Below, one piece after another: positions 39,126 through 51,885 of a stretch of 64,000 bases of DNA. Numbering within the stretch: position 1 is the stretch's first letter; the number at the start of each line of letters is the position of its first letter. The DNA is from Okamejei kenojei (lineage: Eukaryota): assembly GCA_035221665.1 (NCBI GenBank), contig CM069147.1:45260001-45324000 (forward strand), in the 5' to 3' direction. Made by a program: the position numbers and the translations under genes. The notes below the pieces were generated by a model. The model made no database searches and was not told the DNA's origin. It saw only the letters and a list, made by a program, of their open reading frames with translations.

Positions 39126-39884
39126 GAATAAAATCTGAAGTACATAAAAATACATCTGTTGCAATATTGAACGGAATGAAAGACAGGATCACTCTGTTTT
39201 ACTACTCGCCTCATTAGAATTGGTTCGGTATTCCAATTCTCCCTTGTTCCAAGTAGCCAGTGGTCAATTTCAAATAGAAACATAGAAAATAGGTGCAGGA
39301 GGAGGCCATTCGGCCCTTCGAGCCAGCACCACCATTCATCGTGATCATGGCTGATCGTCCCCAATCAATAACCCGTGCCTGCCCTCTCCCCACATCCCCC
39401 GACTCCACTAGCCCCCAGAGCTCCATCTAACTCTCTCTTAAATCCATCCAGTGATTTGGCCCCCACTGCTCTCTGTGGCAGGGAATTCCACAAATCCACC
39501 ACTCTCTGGGTGAAAATGGTTTTTCTCACCTCAGTCTTAAATGGCATCCACTTTATTCTAAATAAATACAAATCCATAATTTGACCAAAAAGAGAAACAG
39601 TGTTAGAATTTCTGGCCAAATACCCTCCAGCAGCCCAAACTATCAGCCATAATATTGCCAGCAAATCTGTGTTATTTGAGGGTGAACAGTTATTATATTT
39701 GGTCTAATTATGGATGTACATTTGAAATTGACGATGGCTACTTGGAACAAGGGAGAATTGGAATACCGAACCATTTCCAATGAGACGAGGAGTAAAACAC
39801 AGTGATCCCGTCTTTCATTCTGTTCAATATCACTACAGATGTATTTTTATGTATTTTGGACAAAGAAGACTTTAGATTTTATTC
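39126..39884. repeat. Foldback (long inverted repeat, arms about 170-180 bp) interrupted by a LINE
   Basis: 39126-39275 plus 39565-39590 is the reverse complement of about 39698-39884, e.g. ggttcggtattccaattctcccttgttccaagtagcca / tggctacttggaacaagggagaattggaataccgaacc. Confidence 0.85.
39276..39563 (-). mobile_element. HER1/CR1 LINE 3' fragment with (atagaaac) tail
   Basis: FKTEVRKTIFTQRVVDLWNSLPQRAV in the ORF track; typical tail. Confidence 0.9.
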
Positions 39885-40845
39885 TGCAGTTGTTTGAATT
39901 TGGCAGGCATAATTTGTCATTGTTGTAACATACGTAATATTTTAGGTTTAGTTAGAACTTCTTGCTCTGGAATCTAGAAATTTCAGTCATTGTGAAAAAT
40001 GAAATGATGTAGAATGCATTAAGAAACCGCGAACTCCATGGCTTTAGACTGTGCAGCAGGACTGATGCATTTTATCCATTCTGAGTGTGGGCATAAGGAT
40101 TTATGATAGTAACAGCTGATGCATACCTTTCAATTTCCAGGTAATTCCAGTTCCTTTCCATTGCCATTGAAACCATTAACTGGTTTGTACCAGACAGACA
40201 ATCATCTGAAGCATCTCTTGGTCGAGCTTTTTATTTATTAGTTTCTCTTGAAAATTATCCAAATTCAGAAGGATTTATCAATACCAAAAATGATAGCTTA
40301 GGTGTTTTATTCTTTCTGGAATTCATCTTTTCATGGGATTATTCTTACAATTATCATTTGCTGCAATCCCCTTTTGCTCATTAATTAGCCTGTTTCTGTA
40401 TGTCCCCAACAGGCATCATTATAATTGCAGGTAATCTCAATCTGCCGTTGCTTAGTTTCTCGCAACATAAATCTGAAAGCAGACGCAACAGAAATATGGC
40501 CAGAAAGTTTGTGTTAGCGCAGATGGCAGAGAGAGCCAGAGTATTGCTAAGGGAATGGTCTTTACTGAATGCTGAAAGGGAATGGGAAGATGTTTCATGG
40601 CGGCATCATTTTGAAAGAATGAACAATTGCATGCAGAGACTGGTGGTGTGGAAGACGGAAACAAGAGCAGGAGTATATTTCCTATCCTTAATCTAAGTAC
40701 AGTATAACGAGTGGGGTGACTTTGTGAAGCCTCAGAGCTGCCCTTGTTTCTATATCCATTAAGTTTCCAAAAAAGCCTGAAGAATAGTTATCGGGAACAA
40801 GAATCTTTGCTGATATTTCTTCCTTTGGATCCTTTTGTTTTCCAC

Positions 40846-42206
40846 TTTAGTTTTTATTGCTTTTATGTATACACAAATAAAACACAAATATAACAACGAA
40901 ACATACAACATTACAATGAAACGTACAACAGTGTAGCGGGGGGTTCAGTTTACAATTAATGATGCAGTATACAGAACTATTTTCATATTAAAACATTTTC
41001 CAATAACTTACATTATTGTCTATAAAATTATACAGTGTTGATGTCTTTATTTCTATACCTAATCCATTTTTCCCATTTTCTGTTAAACTCGTCTTCTTTC
41101 ACTCATAGAGAATATGTCATTTTCTCCATGACAAATATTTCCTGTACTATGTCTAACCATTGTCTAAGTCTGGGTGTGTCCGCTGTGAGCCACTTTCTTG
41201 TAATGGCCTTTCTGCCAGCTGTGAGTAGGTCTTCCTTCAGCACCACTGTAGTTATATTACCCAGGTATAAAATGGAACACTTCTTGCAGACTATATATCC
41301 TAATGCCTCCGTTAATTCTGAATTCACTCTGTCCCAAAATGGTTCTATTTTTGGGCAACTCCAGAAGATATGTGCATGGTTTGCGTCTGTTTGGCCACAT
41401 TGCCTCCAGCATGTTTGCTGCCTTAGAATTTGCTTGCTTTTTATGTTAGGCGTTCCAATTAAATTCTCTCCAATTTTGTGAATTGGTGGATGTCTGTAGT
41501 GTTACACACATAGGATGCCATTCTTCTTCTGAGATTGCAATGTTCAATTCCTTTTCCCACTTAGATTTTACATAAAATGTAGTTTTAGCTTGACATTCCA
41601 TTAAACTATGATAAAGTTTAGAAATAATCCTTAATGTTTTTGATGATACGCACTAACTATCACTTCTATCACTGGATTCTTTTCTTCTAGTGCCTCCCTT
41701 TTTACCTTTTTATTGTAATAATCTCTCAGTTGGAGGTATCTAAACAAGTCTTGGTTCCGAAGTGCAAATCTATCCTTCAAATCTTGAAAACCTCTTAGGT
41801 CTCCATTTTCAATAACAGTACAAAATGCAGTCATTCCTTTCTTCATCCACACTTTAAATGTTGAGTCATACATCCCTTGTTTAAATTCATTATCCAAAGC
41901 TATCCATCTTAAAACGTTTTATCGTTTATTCAGTTTAAGTTGTCTGGTAAGAGTGAACCAGGTTTCTAAAGTAAATATCGTTATTGGATCGATTATACTC
42001 CTGATATGTCCAGGAGGCGCTTTTTCTCCCAAAAGTGTTTGGATGTGGAAGTCAGGGATATATGTTCAATCTCTTTCCACCTGGCTATATAGCTGTCCTC
42101 ACACCAATTAATTAGTGGTCGAATTTCGGCTGCATAGAAATATATCCTAAAATTTGGAAGTGCCATTCCACCTTTGTCCTTTGGCAACTGTAGTGTAGTG
42201 TATCCT
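40846..42206 (-). mobile_element. 5'-truncated L1-clade LINE (ORF2 C-terminal remnant with frameshifts)
   Basis: PKDKGGMALPNFRIYFYAA motif; zinc knuckle CWRQCGQTDANHAHIFWSCP at about 41351-41410; AGRKAITRKWL; AATAAA near the 3' end. Confidence 0.9.
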
Positions 42207-42965
42207 TAGTTGTTAATCAGGGGCAGTTGCACACTTGTGTTCCATTTCCCCCCTGTCCCAGTCAGCGATAGGAATCAGAACCATCACTGTTCTTCTCTCA
42301 CGATTTTCTTCTCTCCAGATCCTAGGTTATGGACCTGGAGTAATAATCCTTTCAGAATCTCTCATTTTGATTGAGAGAATGAACACAGGATACTGTTCCC
42401 TCTCTCTAAGTCATGCGGAGAGATTAAAGTTATAGTCTAGGGTGCAATCCTCTTGGATGATCTGGGAACCCCAAGGAGTTGTGGGATGACCTCCCACAGG
42501 CTGCTCCTGGCAAGTTAGCGGAAGTGTGGAGCTTTCACTTCCTATTTGTAGAGTGCGCCTTTACTGTCTTTGCCTGTGAATGGGTGGTATTTTAGAAGGC
42601 ACTATATGTATTGCAAACACAAATCCTGAGCAAAGATGGATCACCAATGTCCAACTATTAAAAACTAAATGCAGTAATGTCTGCAAAGATCATAAGATCA
42701 AGCATACAATACCATCTACTAATGGACTTTGCAACCCTGATAATGCCATCCATTTAATGGTGAGACTAAAATTATTAGTAGTGTCATGATAAGCTTGTTA
42801 TATAACATAACCTCAATGGAATATTAAAAATCACGGTATGACTGTGTCGCCTGTGAGATTTAAAAACACAACACAGTGTAATGAAGTACCCTGGCCAGAC
42901 AAGGTCTTTAATACTTGTTTGGGAATAACTTCAATTGCTCTCCTATTCTACCGATCTCTTGTATA

Positions 42966-43470
42966 TTAGTTTAGTTTCTTTTTGTCACACGTACCAAGGC
43001 ACAGTGAAAAGCTTTCTGTTGCGTGCTATCCATCAAAGAAAAGACTATACATGATTACAATTAAGCTGTCACTGTGTACAGATAAAGGATAAAGGGTACA
43101 GCATTTAGTGCATGATAAAGTCCGATTAAAGATAGTTTAAAGGTCTCCAATAAGGTAGATGGGCAGTCAGGACTGCACCATAGCTGGTGATAGGATGGTT
43201 CCATTGCCTGATAACAGCTGGGAAGAAACTGTCACTGAACCTGGAGGTATACATTTTCAATCTTCTGTACCTCTTGCCTGATGTGAAAGGGGAGTGACTA
43301 GGATGAGACTGGTCCTTGATTATTCTGATGGCCTTCTGAGCATGAAGTATAGATGGAGTCAATAGAAGGGAGATAGGTTTGTGTGATGGTCTGGTCTTCA
43401 TCCACAACTCTCTGCAATTCCTTGCGGTCTTGGTTGAAGCTGTTCCCAAATCGTACTGCCGTGCATCCCA
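42966..43470 (-). mobile_element. Rex1/L2-type LINE 3' fragment
   Basis: AIRIIKDQSHPSHSPF-TSGKRYRRL..TSRFSDSFFPAVIR is the typical ORF end of this group. Confidence 0.85.
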
Positions 43471-43912
43471 ATAAATTTAATACATTGACATTAAATTAAA
43501 GCAACAAGATATTTTTTAAATATTAAAAAAAAAAGACCGTTGCATTTTCTGGCCTTCAGCTTCAAAGTTTAATCTGTTCTTCAGAACAGAATGAAAGCCA
43601 TGCTTGCCAATCAGCTTATCTTTAGCCAGCTCCTCTGCTGGCCACCACTATGGTTTCAGAAGTATCACCTGATACTAGCCATTTCTGAATGTATCAGACC
43701 AGCACAACAAGTTAATTGAGCCCAGAGCTGGATAAACACTCAAATGCTTGAATACAAATGTCATCATGTTCCAATTCAATTTTTATTAAATACTTTAAAA
43801 AATCTTGATCGTAGGCAGTTTCTATATTCTTTATAATAATATGCCTGGATTCAGGTGTTTCAGATAATTTCAATATGAAACTGAGCAACTCAAATGTAAA
43901 CAAAACTACGAT

Positions 43913-44208
43913 CAAGAGTCAAGAATGTTTAATTGTCATCTGTACCACAAGCAGAACAATTAAGGTTTTACTTGATTCTGCTTCTCAGGCACATTAATGC
44001 AACAGCACAACAAATAAATACGCAGCAATAATAAATTATCAGCTGTACTGGGTAACCAGCCCACAATAGTGCAAGCCTAAGTATGTAGTGCAATCTTTTA
44101 CGAAGCCCAGAGAGATACAGTCAGTTAGTACACGCTCTACGGCACCCCATGGAGGTTTGATAAGAGTGTTCAGCAACCTGCTGATTCTCAACACACTTCT
44201 GAGGATGG
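43913..44208 (-). mobile_element. Rex1/L2-type LINE 3' UTR fragment, same family as 55903-56950
   Basis: caagagtcaagaatgtttaattgtcat...gcacattaatgcaa is shared with 55903. Confidence 0.6.
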
Positions 44209-44211
44209 TTA

Positions 44212-44836
44212 AGGGCCTGTCCCACGTTGCCGATTTTTTTCGGGGACAGTCACAGTCGTAGCAGGTCGCCGAAAAAACGACGACTGGACCCCCCCCCCCC
44301 CCCACGACAATGTCTATGACAACCTACCACCAATGTCTACTGGCAATCGGCGACCCATTAGGACCTCCACCTATCGCCACACCTACAACAACCGATGGCC
44401 ACACAGGCGACAACCTACGATATCCGAAGTCAACCTACGACCACACCTACGACAACCTACGTCCACCCGCGACAAGCTACAACAAGGTAAGATCATTCAG
44501 TCGCCGGTACCTGTCACCAGTTGACGTAGGTAGTCGCCAATGGCATTCACCGAAGTCATCACCCGGCGACAACCTACGTTACCAGGCGACAACCTGAGTC
44601 ATCCTGGCGACATCCTACGACAGCACCTACAACAGGAGGAGACAAGCTATGTCAATCCCACAGTCGCCAAAAGATTTTGAACATTTCAAAACCCAGCGGC
44701 GACAAGAAAAAAATTACGACTCTTTAGGCGACTCGAGGAGACAACTCACAACCATACAGGTGTCACCCTGCGACCAAGTGGCGACAGCCTAGTCTCCTGT
44801 AGTCGCCGAAAAAATTGCCTGAGTGGGACAGGCCCT
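44212..44836. mobile_element. PIF/Harbinger-like MITE (625 bp) with an internal array of cgacaacctac motifs
   Basis: TIR agggcctgtcccac / gtgggacaggccct; flanks TTA and TAA; subterminal inverted ttttttcgg..gac / gtcgccgaaaaaa. Confidence 0.85.
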
Positions 44837-45498
44837 TAACAGGAGTGGTTTCACCTACTACAGAAGGTGATGAAACCCAAATTGCTAAACTTTTCAAGGT
44901 GGCGCATAGATATCTGATTGTAAAAGGCATCAATGAGTGTGGAGAAAAGCAGAAAGATGATACTGAAATAGAGGATCCGTCATGATCATACTGAAAGGCA
45001 AAGCAGGCTTTAAGGGCTGAATAACATACTCCTGCTCTAGTCTAGATACAACGTTTCAAAATACTCATTGCTTTATCATACAGTTACTTACTTTGACATA
45101 GGGAATATTTAATTCTGCATTCAACATGTCTGTCGATTCCCCTGAACATTATCCAGGAATTTTGCCATTTTTCAGTGGCAAACTGGCAGAATAATAAATT
45201 CCTAATAGGAACATCACATGCAACGACTTAAAATAAAATTTGGTTTAAGAAGGGAGTATTGAGTACTTTTCTCACCAGTCTCCCAGATTCTTGTAAGCAA
45301 TTAAATTATTAAATGTAAAAAAATAGTTCTTTCTCATATACATTTAATGCCATATTAAATTATGTCTACATTACAATTTTCATCTAGAACTCATTACATT
45401 CGCAGTAGTTATTCAGCAACCACTTTGTTTAATGTAAGCTGTGTTGAAGACCTGTCATTGTAAGGCATTGCTGAAGTAGATATTTTTACTTTCCATTG

Positions 45499-45630
45499 TG
45501 TGTCGGAAGGAACTGCAGATGTTGGTTTAAACTGAAGAGAGACACAAAAAGCTGGAGTAATTCTCCAGAGACAGCATCTCTGGAGAAAAGAAATAGGTGA
45601 AGTTTCGGATTGAGACCCTTCTTCAGACTG
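45499..45630 (-). mobile_element. Penelope-like 3' module
   Basis: ggaactgcagatgttggtttaaac...gtttcggattgagacccttcttcagactg. Confidence 0.75.
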
Positions 45631-46095
45631 TAATAAAGATGAGGGAGTGGGGGCTCGGAAAGCGGAAGTCATTAAAGAGAAGAAGGGCATGCGAGGCATC
45701 TTGGAAATAGGTCGTTTGCTGAGATTGGAAACCAGGGGTATAGGATGGAGGTACTGTGGAAATTATTTCCGCTGGGACAGGAGCAGGCAGCTAAGCTTGG
45801 GTCTGCCAGGGCATTAGTGCCCTTTTGGATTTTGGAGAGAAACGATTGGTGTTCTCTAGCATTTGCATCTCTGCAGTCAAGTTCTGTTCCCTGAACCCTT
45901 TTTCAGCTGAATTTCTCCAGCTGGTAACTTTGTATCATTTATCCCTGATTTCCCTTGTTATATGTCCCGATTTATTCTTTTGCCAGGATGAAGACTACAA
46001 TAAATATTTGTCAACCCTTTGAATTAATTGCCAGTTTTGGCCAAATATTCTTATAGTTACTGTGCTAAAGAACTCAACCATATTATGGTCAATTA

Positions 46096-46541
46096 CTCAA
46101 AACCCAGCAAAAAATCCTCTTCCTCAGCACCCCTGCCAATTTGATTAACCCAATCTATATGTAGATTGAAGTCACCCATTATAACTGTTTTGCCTTTGTC
46201 GCACGCATTTCTAATTTCCTGTTTGATACCATCCCCAACTTCTCTGCTACTGTTAGGTGGCCTGTACACAACACCCACCAGCGTTTTCTGCCCCTTAGTG
46301 TTTTGTAGCTCTACCCATACCGATTCCACATCCTCCAAGCTAATGTCCTTCCTTTCCATTGCTTTAATCTCCTCTCTAACCAGCAACGCTACCCCACCTC
46401 CTTTTCCTTTCTCTCTATCCCTTCTGAATATTGAATATCCCTGGATGTTCAGCTCCCAGCCTACGTCACCCTGGAGCCATGTCTCCGTGATCCCAACTAT
46501 ATCATAATCATTAATATCTATCTGCACGTTCAACTCGTCCA
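46096..46541 (-). mobile_element. CR1/HER1 LINE ORF2 AP-endonuclease domain fragment
   Basis: YDIVGITETWL, RRDR..GKGGGVAL, GVVYRPPN, IMGDFN motifs; truncated at both ends. Confidence 0.95.
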
Positions 46542-47885
46542 ATACTGTATTGTACCTGGCTGCTACTTTTTTAAATGTGTGGCAAACACCTATTCTTGGT
46601 TAAATTGTTGTACTCATTCTATGCAAATTCATTGAAAAAACGGACTGAAGTTTTAATACTAAAATAGTGTTTTGTGGGAATAGTTGTCCATATACTGACT
46701 GCCCTCGTGTATCTGTTGCACAATACAAAGCAGCTGTGTTTGCATTGCGCCCTCACACTTATCACATAACTAAGCTTTTTGGACCCATAATTTGTTGATG
46801 ATGCCTTTGGCACTCTTGGACAACTGCCAGCTTCTTTCCATTTGCATTGTGTGGGCTGTTTTGCTGTAAGACAGGGTGTTAAAGATGCCATTTACAATCT
46901 GCTAATTGGAACAAAAGAATACTGTATGCCACAGACATCACCATATAGTATACCTCTAATTATTTTATATTTACTTAACATCAGAATTGCTGAGTCTAAA
47001 TTATGCCTGTATGAATATATGAAACAGCATTGTGTGGATGACAATTAAGAGTGATGGAAATTAATGTTTTTAATCTAGGCTGCTGGGTGGGGAGGGAAGC
47101 AAGCATACTGTGTACCAGTTTATATTCATTTGGTCATTATAATTATCCAGTTATACAGTGCGAAACTGGGCTCAGTGCTTTTGGAGTTGCAAATTGGTGC
47201 CCGCAGCACAGATGTACATGTCTGAATTGCATTGGATGCAATATTGGTGAGCATGTAAATGTGCTCAGTGAACAGCAATTGAGTTGGTGTGCAAAGGGGC
47301 CAGATCATGATGACAATCCTCATGCCTCGCGAGTATGATACGAACTGCCAGCCATGTACTCTCTCTAATTGCTGAGAGTGTGTTGTGTAACAGAAAGGAC
47401 CTCCAGGGCCCTATTTAAAAAGATTATCCATGACTAACAGGTCAGTTGCTGTTTGATTTCCTCTGACTGTTGCTTTGACTCCACAAGTATTTGGTGCTTT
47501 CCACAGCTATTTCACGTGGCAAATTGCTACACGAGACTCTGCGACAGGCGCTGAGGGATCTTAAGCTGATTCTCACATGGTCGAGACCACGAGAATGAAC
47601 AGAGGGTATCCAAAGCATCCAAACAAATAGAAAAGATGGAGGAGGAAAGGGTGGGGCCATGTCTGTCGGACCCGCTATCCACTTGGATATGAGTTGGGAA
47701 CCATTGTTGAGATCTGGCAAGTTGGGCGTGTAACTATCATATTCTCGAGAAGCAGGCATACTGTAGGAACCATACTTCCCTTCCAAATGCTGAGAGAATA
47801 AATGGTTCAATACTGTGCTAAAACAACAGGTTAACGAATGAAACGCATTGAAACTTTCATTGAAAGTTTCATTGAGACTTACCGA

Positions 47886-48263
47886 ACAGTGAAAGGCTAG
47901 GATAGAATGGGCGTGGGGAGGATGTTTCCACCAGTTGGTAAGTCTAGGACTAGAGGTCATAGCCTCAGAATTAAAGGACGTTCCTTTCGGAAGGAGATGA
48001 GGTGGGATTTCTTTAGTCTTAGGTGAATTCCATATTTATTCCATAGTTGAATCTGTGGAATTCGTTGCCACAGAAGGCTGTGGAGGCCATCAATTGATAT
48101 TTTTACGGCAGAGACAGATAGATTCTAGATTTGTATGGGTGTCAGGGGTTATGGGGAGAAAGCAGGAGAATGGGGTTCGGAGGGAGAGATAAATCAGCCG
48201 TGATTGAATGGCTGAGCAGACAATGGGCCGAATGGCCTGCTCCTGTCACTTATGACCTTATGA
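47886..48263 (+). mobile_element. HER1/CR1 LINE 3' fragment
   Basis: ggactagaggtcatagcctcagaattaaaggacg...; tail cttatgaccttatgac. Confidence 0.9.
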
Positions 48264-48621
48264 CTTCATGATTATCTCGTTGAGGCCTGAGTTGCTGGTA
48301 GAATAACTGTCAAGATGCAGAACAGTCTCTTCCCCACAGTTTCAAAACAAGCCATCTGCAGAACAGGAGCACGAGGAATTCAAAGAAGGAAGAGACACAG
48401 CTTCCTCTCAGATTGTCCATGCTAAACTCAACAGAGGACAATATCTGCAAATGCTATGCTAATTGCTCATGCAACATTAGCTCTTTTACTGTACCTCTGC
48501 TTCTGGCCATGTTTCACATAATCACAATGCAATTTTGAAAACCACCAAAAAAATACATTCCCAATAACCAATCACTCTTGTGCATTTGCCTTTGCCTGCC
48601 ATGCAGCTTCTGCATTGGAAC

Positions 48622-48869
48622 TTAGTTTAGTTTAGTTTAGAGATACAGCATGGAAACAGGCCATTTGGTCCACTGAGTCCACACCGACCAGCGATCACGG
48701 CACAAACCTACAAACCGTTACATCTTTGGAGTGTGGGAGGAAACTGAATTTCTCGGAGAAACCCCACGCGTTCACGGGGAGAACTTATAAACACAGTGCA
48801 GACAGTACCCATAGTCAGGATGGAAGCCGGGTCTCTGGCACTTCTACTGCTACTCCACCATGCCGCCCG
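48622..48869 (-). mobile_element. HE1-type SINE
   Basis: (tttag)4 tail, ctttggagtgtgggaggaaac core, ccaccatgccgccc head. Confidence 0.85.
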
Positions 48870-48870
48870 A

Positions 48871-49135
48871 ACATAGAACAGCACGGCATAGGAATAGGCC
48901 CTTCAGCCCACGATATCCCATGGCAAATATGATGCCAAGTTAAAATAATCTTATCTTAGACAAGTCAAAACAGCACCTTTTTCTCCACCCTTGGAGAAAA
49001 AGGTGCTGACTGTTTACCCTATCTATGCCTCTCATTATTTTAGATAAACCCTTCAGGTCTCCCCTCAGTCTCGAACACTCCAGAGAAAACAATTCCAGTT
49101 TGTCCCACCTCTCCTTATAGCTAATACTCACTAAT
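48871..49135 (-). mobile_element. HER1/CR1 LINE 3' fragment, internally deleted
   Basis: SYKERWDKLELFSLECSRLRGDL..IMRGIDRV. Confidence 0.8.
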
Positions 49136-51515
49136 CCATTGTAATCGCGTTAGTTATAACATTCATTGCAGAAAGGGGGATTGTGAAGGGCCTGGCAGAG
49201 AGACCACATCAGCTTCAGTTCTTGGGGGAATCATGGCATCTTATCACAAAGATGCAGGACACAGGTCTGGCTGTCAGACTGGCATAGCCAAGCCACCGAT
49301 GAAGTAATGTACTTGGGAGGAAAATTACTAGGAATGAAGACGAGAGATTAGTACTGCATTGAACCATCAACCATTTATGCATATTATACTTCACAGCTGA
49401 GACGTGACCTGACCTGAGAAACTTGTGCATGCATCTCACCGTATAGGTTATGATACTGGGTCACTTCCGAGACCTGGCGACAATCTGAATTATACTTAGT
49501 GCTAAGTGTTGCAGAATTGATTATAATTAACAGGCAACACAAATTTGGCATAGCAATCAATAAGCACGAGTTAGCTGGGCGTATTGTGCTCCAAGCACAT
49601 ACTTTGTAATTCTGCCCCCATGTTATTTCAGTACATTTGCGACCTCTTAACTGCATTCAAGAACATCATATTTTTGGTTAGCTTCTTTCTTCTAAGTAGA
49701 AATTAAGAATATAGAATATGTGTTTATTAAAGCTATCTCCTTAAATGTAAATATGTTATTGTAGTGGCTCTTGGACGTGAAAAAGGCCAGTAAAAATATA
49801 GTAAGCTGAGGTCAAAGCAATCTGTTACCTGGTGTGACTTTTACTGTACAGTTTGCCCTGACCACAAGCGCAGCCCAATAAATCTTTGCAATGGTCAAAG
49901 AAGCTGTAGGCATTTAAACAGATTAACGTGATTGAGGATAGAAATCAATTATGAGAATCAGTACAAGTTTGAAAACACAATAAAAGATTTTAAAACTGAT
50001 ATGTTGTCTTGATCTTCACTTTTTCTGGTCAACCAATCTCAATGAATTTTGCAGCTAATATTGATTTAACTTCTTTCTCCGTTAAGATTTCATACAGTAA
50101 ATCACATTTCACAAATGTGACTTATGCTTTTACAAATACATACGGTGAGAACTATTTGTATCCTATTTTGTGTCCTTTAACCTCTTAGTCAAGTTTCTGA
50201 GTTCATTTTCCAAAACGTTGGAGGCAATTGAGGCAATCCATTTGAAAGTAATTTTTTTTCTTGTATTTCTTGGAATTAAAATCTGCCTGATTGCACGAGT
50301 CTATTTACAAGAGCACTTCCATTTTCCACCACTTACTAATTATTAACTAAACTTAATAGATGACCTTCAAACTCATCAGCTGTTGTGCTTGTTTCCCAAA
50401 TAATCTTGTTGGTTTTACTGTGGACATCATTACTCAATATTTGAAAGCACTAAATGAGCTAAGAAGCAGGTTTCCACAATCACTTCTGAACTTGATTTTA
50501 CCCATTGATCAGGAATGTATTATACAGCTTAAAACGCTAGAATAAAATCTCCGGCGTCTGAACCTTACTTAATGAAGAAATGTTAGCTGAATGGCACTTT
50601 CTAAAGAATGTAATTTATATTTATGGTTACAAATTTTCAATCTCCAATCGTAATTTATATTAATTGAACTGATCTATATGTTCCTATCTATAGCTGCTAT
50701 CTATAACTTCCATTTATAACTCTCGTGCTTATTCAGTGAAATAAAAGCTTATGTCTGGTGTAAAAGGCAAAATACTACAAATGCAGGAATTCTGCATATT
50801 CAGTAACATGCGTTTACGTCTCATAATACTGTCTTTGTAAACCATTACAAATTCTGTTCACACAAGGGAGTTTATTTGTGCTTTCCCTGGTCTCTGTGCT
50901 ACTGTGAAAGTCTTAAAATGTTTCACAACAGTGGTCATGGTAAATTGTAGAAGCACAAGAAACACTTAATACAATTTTCTCTTAACTCACCACATTTTTG
51001 AACGAGATTTTAATTTTTAATTATTAAGTAGATGATTAAGGAATTCTTAAAGCATTTCTTAAAAGCCTTCTTGAAAACTACATGGACCAGCACGAGCAGC
51101 CCATCTCCCTCGCCACTCAATTAACCATTCTGTTAAGCAGCCTGTCCCACTTGTGGCAGTGTTCAAGTCCCACATTGGCTTCAGAATCCGTAGAATCACC
51201 ATTGACTTCGTCGGGGCTTCCCACTAAAATGAGAATAACAACATATTAGAGGCAGCCCTGTTCCATTTAATTGTCATACCATCTTCAGATGATATATAGA
51301 TCGGTTTTCTTCCTTATTTATGTAATGCCATCGTCCTTCAAAGAGTTCTTCTCAAACAAGAACTTTATTTGCATAATTCCTACTTTTTGATCGTAATTAA
51401 AACAAGTATAACTTATCATTCCAACACATTTAATCTTGAAATTGGAAGATTTGACCCCAGATGGTTTAGCAAGTTCAACCAGTGATTAGTTGAGCATAAA
51501 TATTTCATTCAAAAG

Positions 51516-51885
51516 GTCATGGGTCATAAGTGATAGGAGCAGAATTAAGCCATTTGGCCCATCAGGTTTACTCCGCCATTCAATCATGGTTGATCTATCT
51601 CTCCCTCTTAACCCCATTCTCCTGCCTTCTCTCCATAACCCCAGACACCTGTACTAATCAAGAATCTATCTATCTCTGTCATAAAAATATCCATTAACCT
51701 GGCCTCCACAGCCTTCTGTGGCAAAGAATTCCACCTTCATCACCCTCTGACTAAAGAAATTCCTCCTCATCTCCTTTCTAAAGGAACGTCCTTTAATTCT
51801 GAGACTATGACCTCTGGTCCTAGACTCTCCCACTAGTGGAAACATTCTCTCCACATCCACTCCATCCCAAGCCTTTCACTATTCG
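51516..51885 (-). mobile_element. HER1/CR1 LINE 3' fragment
   Basis: DVERMFPLVGESRTRGHSLRIKGRSFRKEMRRNFFSQRV; same subfamily as 47886-48263, inverted relative to it. Confidence 0.9.

Noticed and set aside
40400-40696. 98-aa ORF as a stand-alone gene or long exon
   Set aside because: It has no recognisable similarity; only the 18-nt splice-bounded segment inside it is kept as a candidate.
44280-44660. CRISPR-like array (repeated cgacaacctac)
   Set aside because: The repeats are about 11 bp, degenerate, irregularly spaced and enclosed by MITE TIRs; there are no cas genes and the context is eukaryotic.
47849-47871. Small hairpin tgaaactttca-t-tgaaagtttca as a regulatory site or terminator
   Set aside because: It lies at the 5' junction of a LINE fragment and is probably insertion filler; intrinsic terminators are irrelevant here.
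47442-47960. Longest ORF (172 aa, minus strand)
   Set aside because: It starts in the antisense of a CR1 fragment and has no domain-like content.
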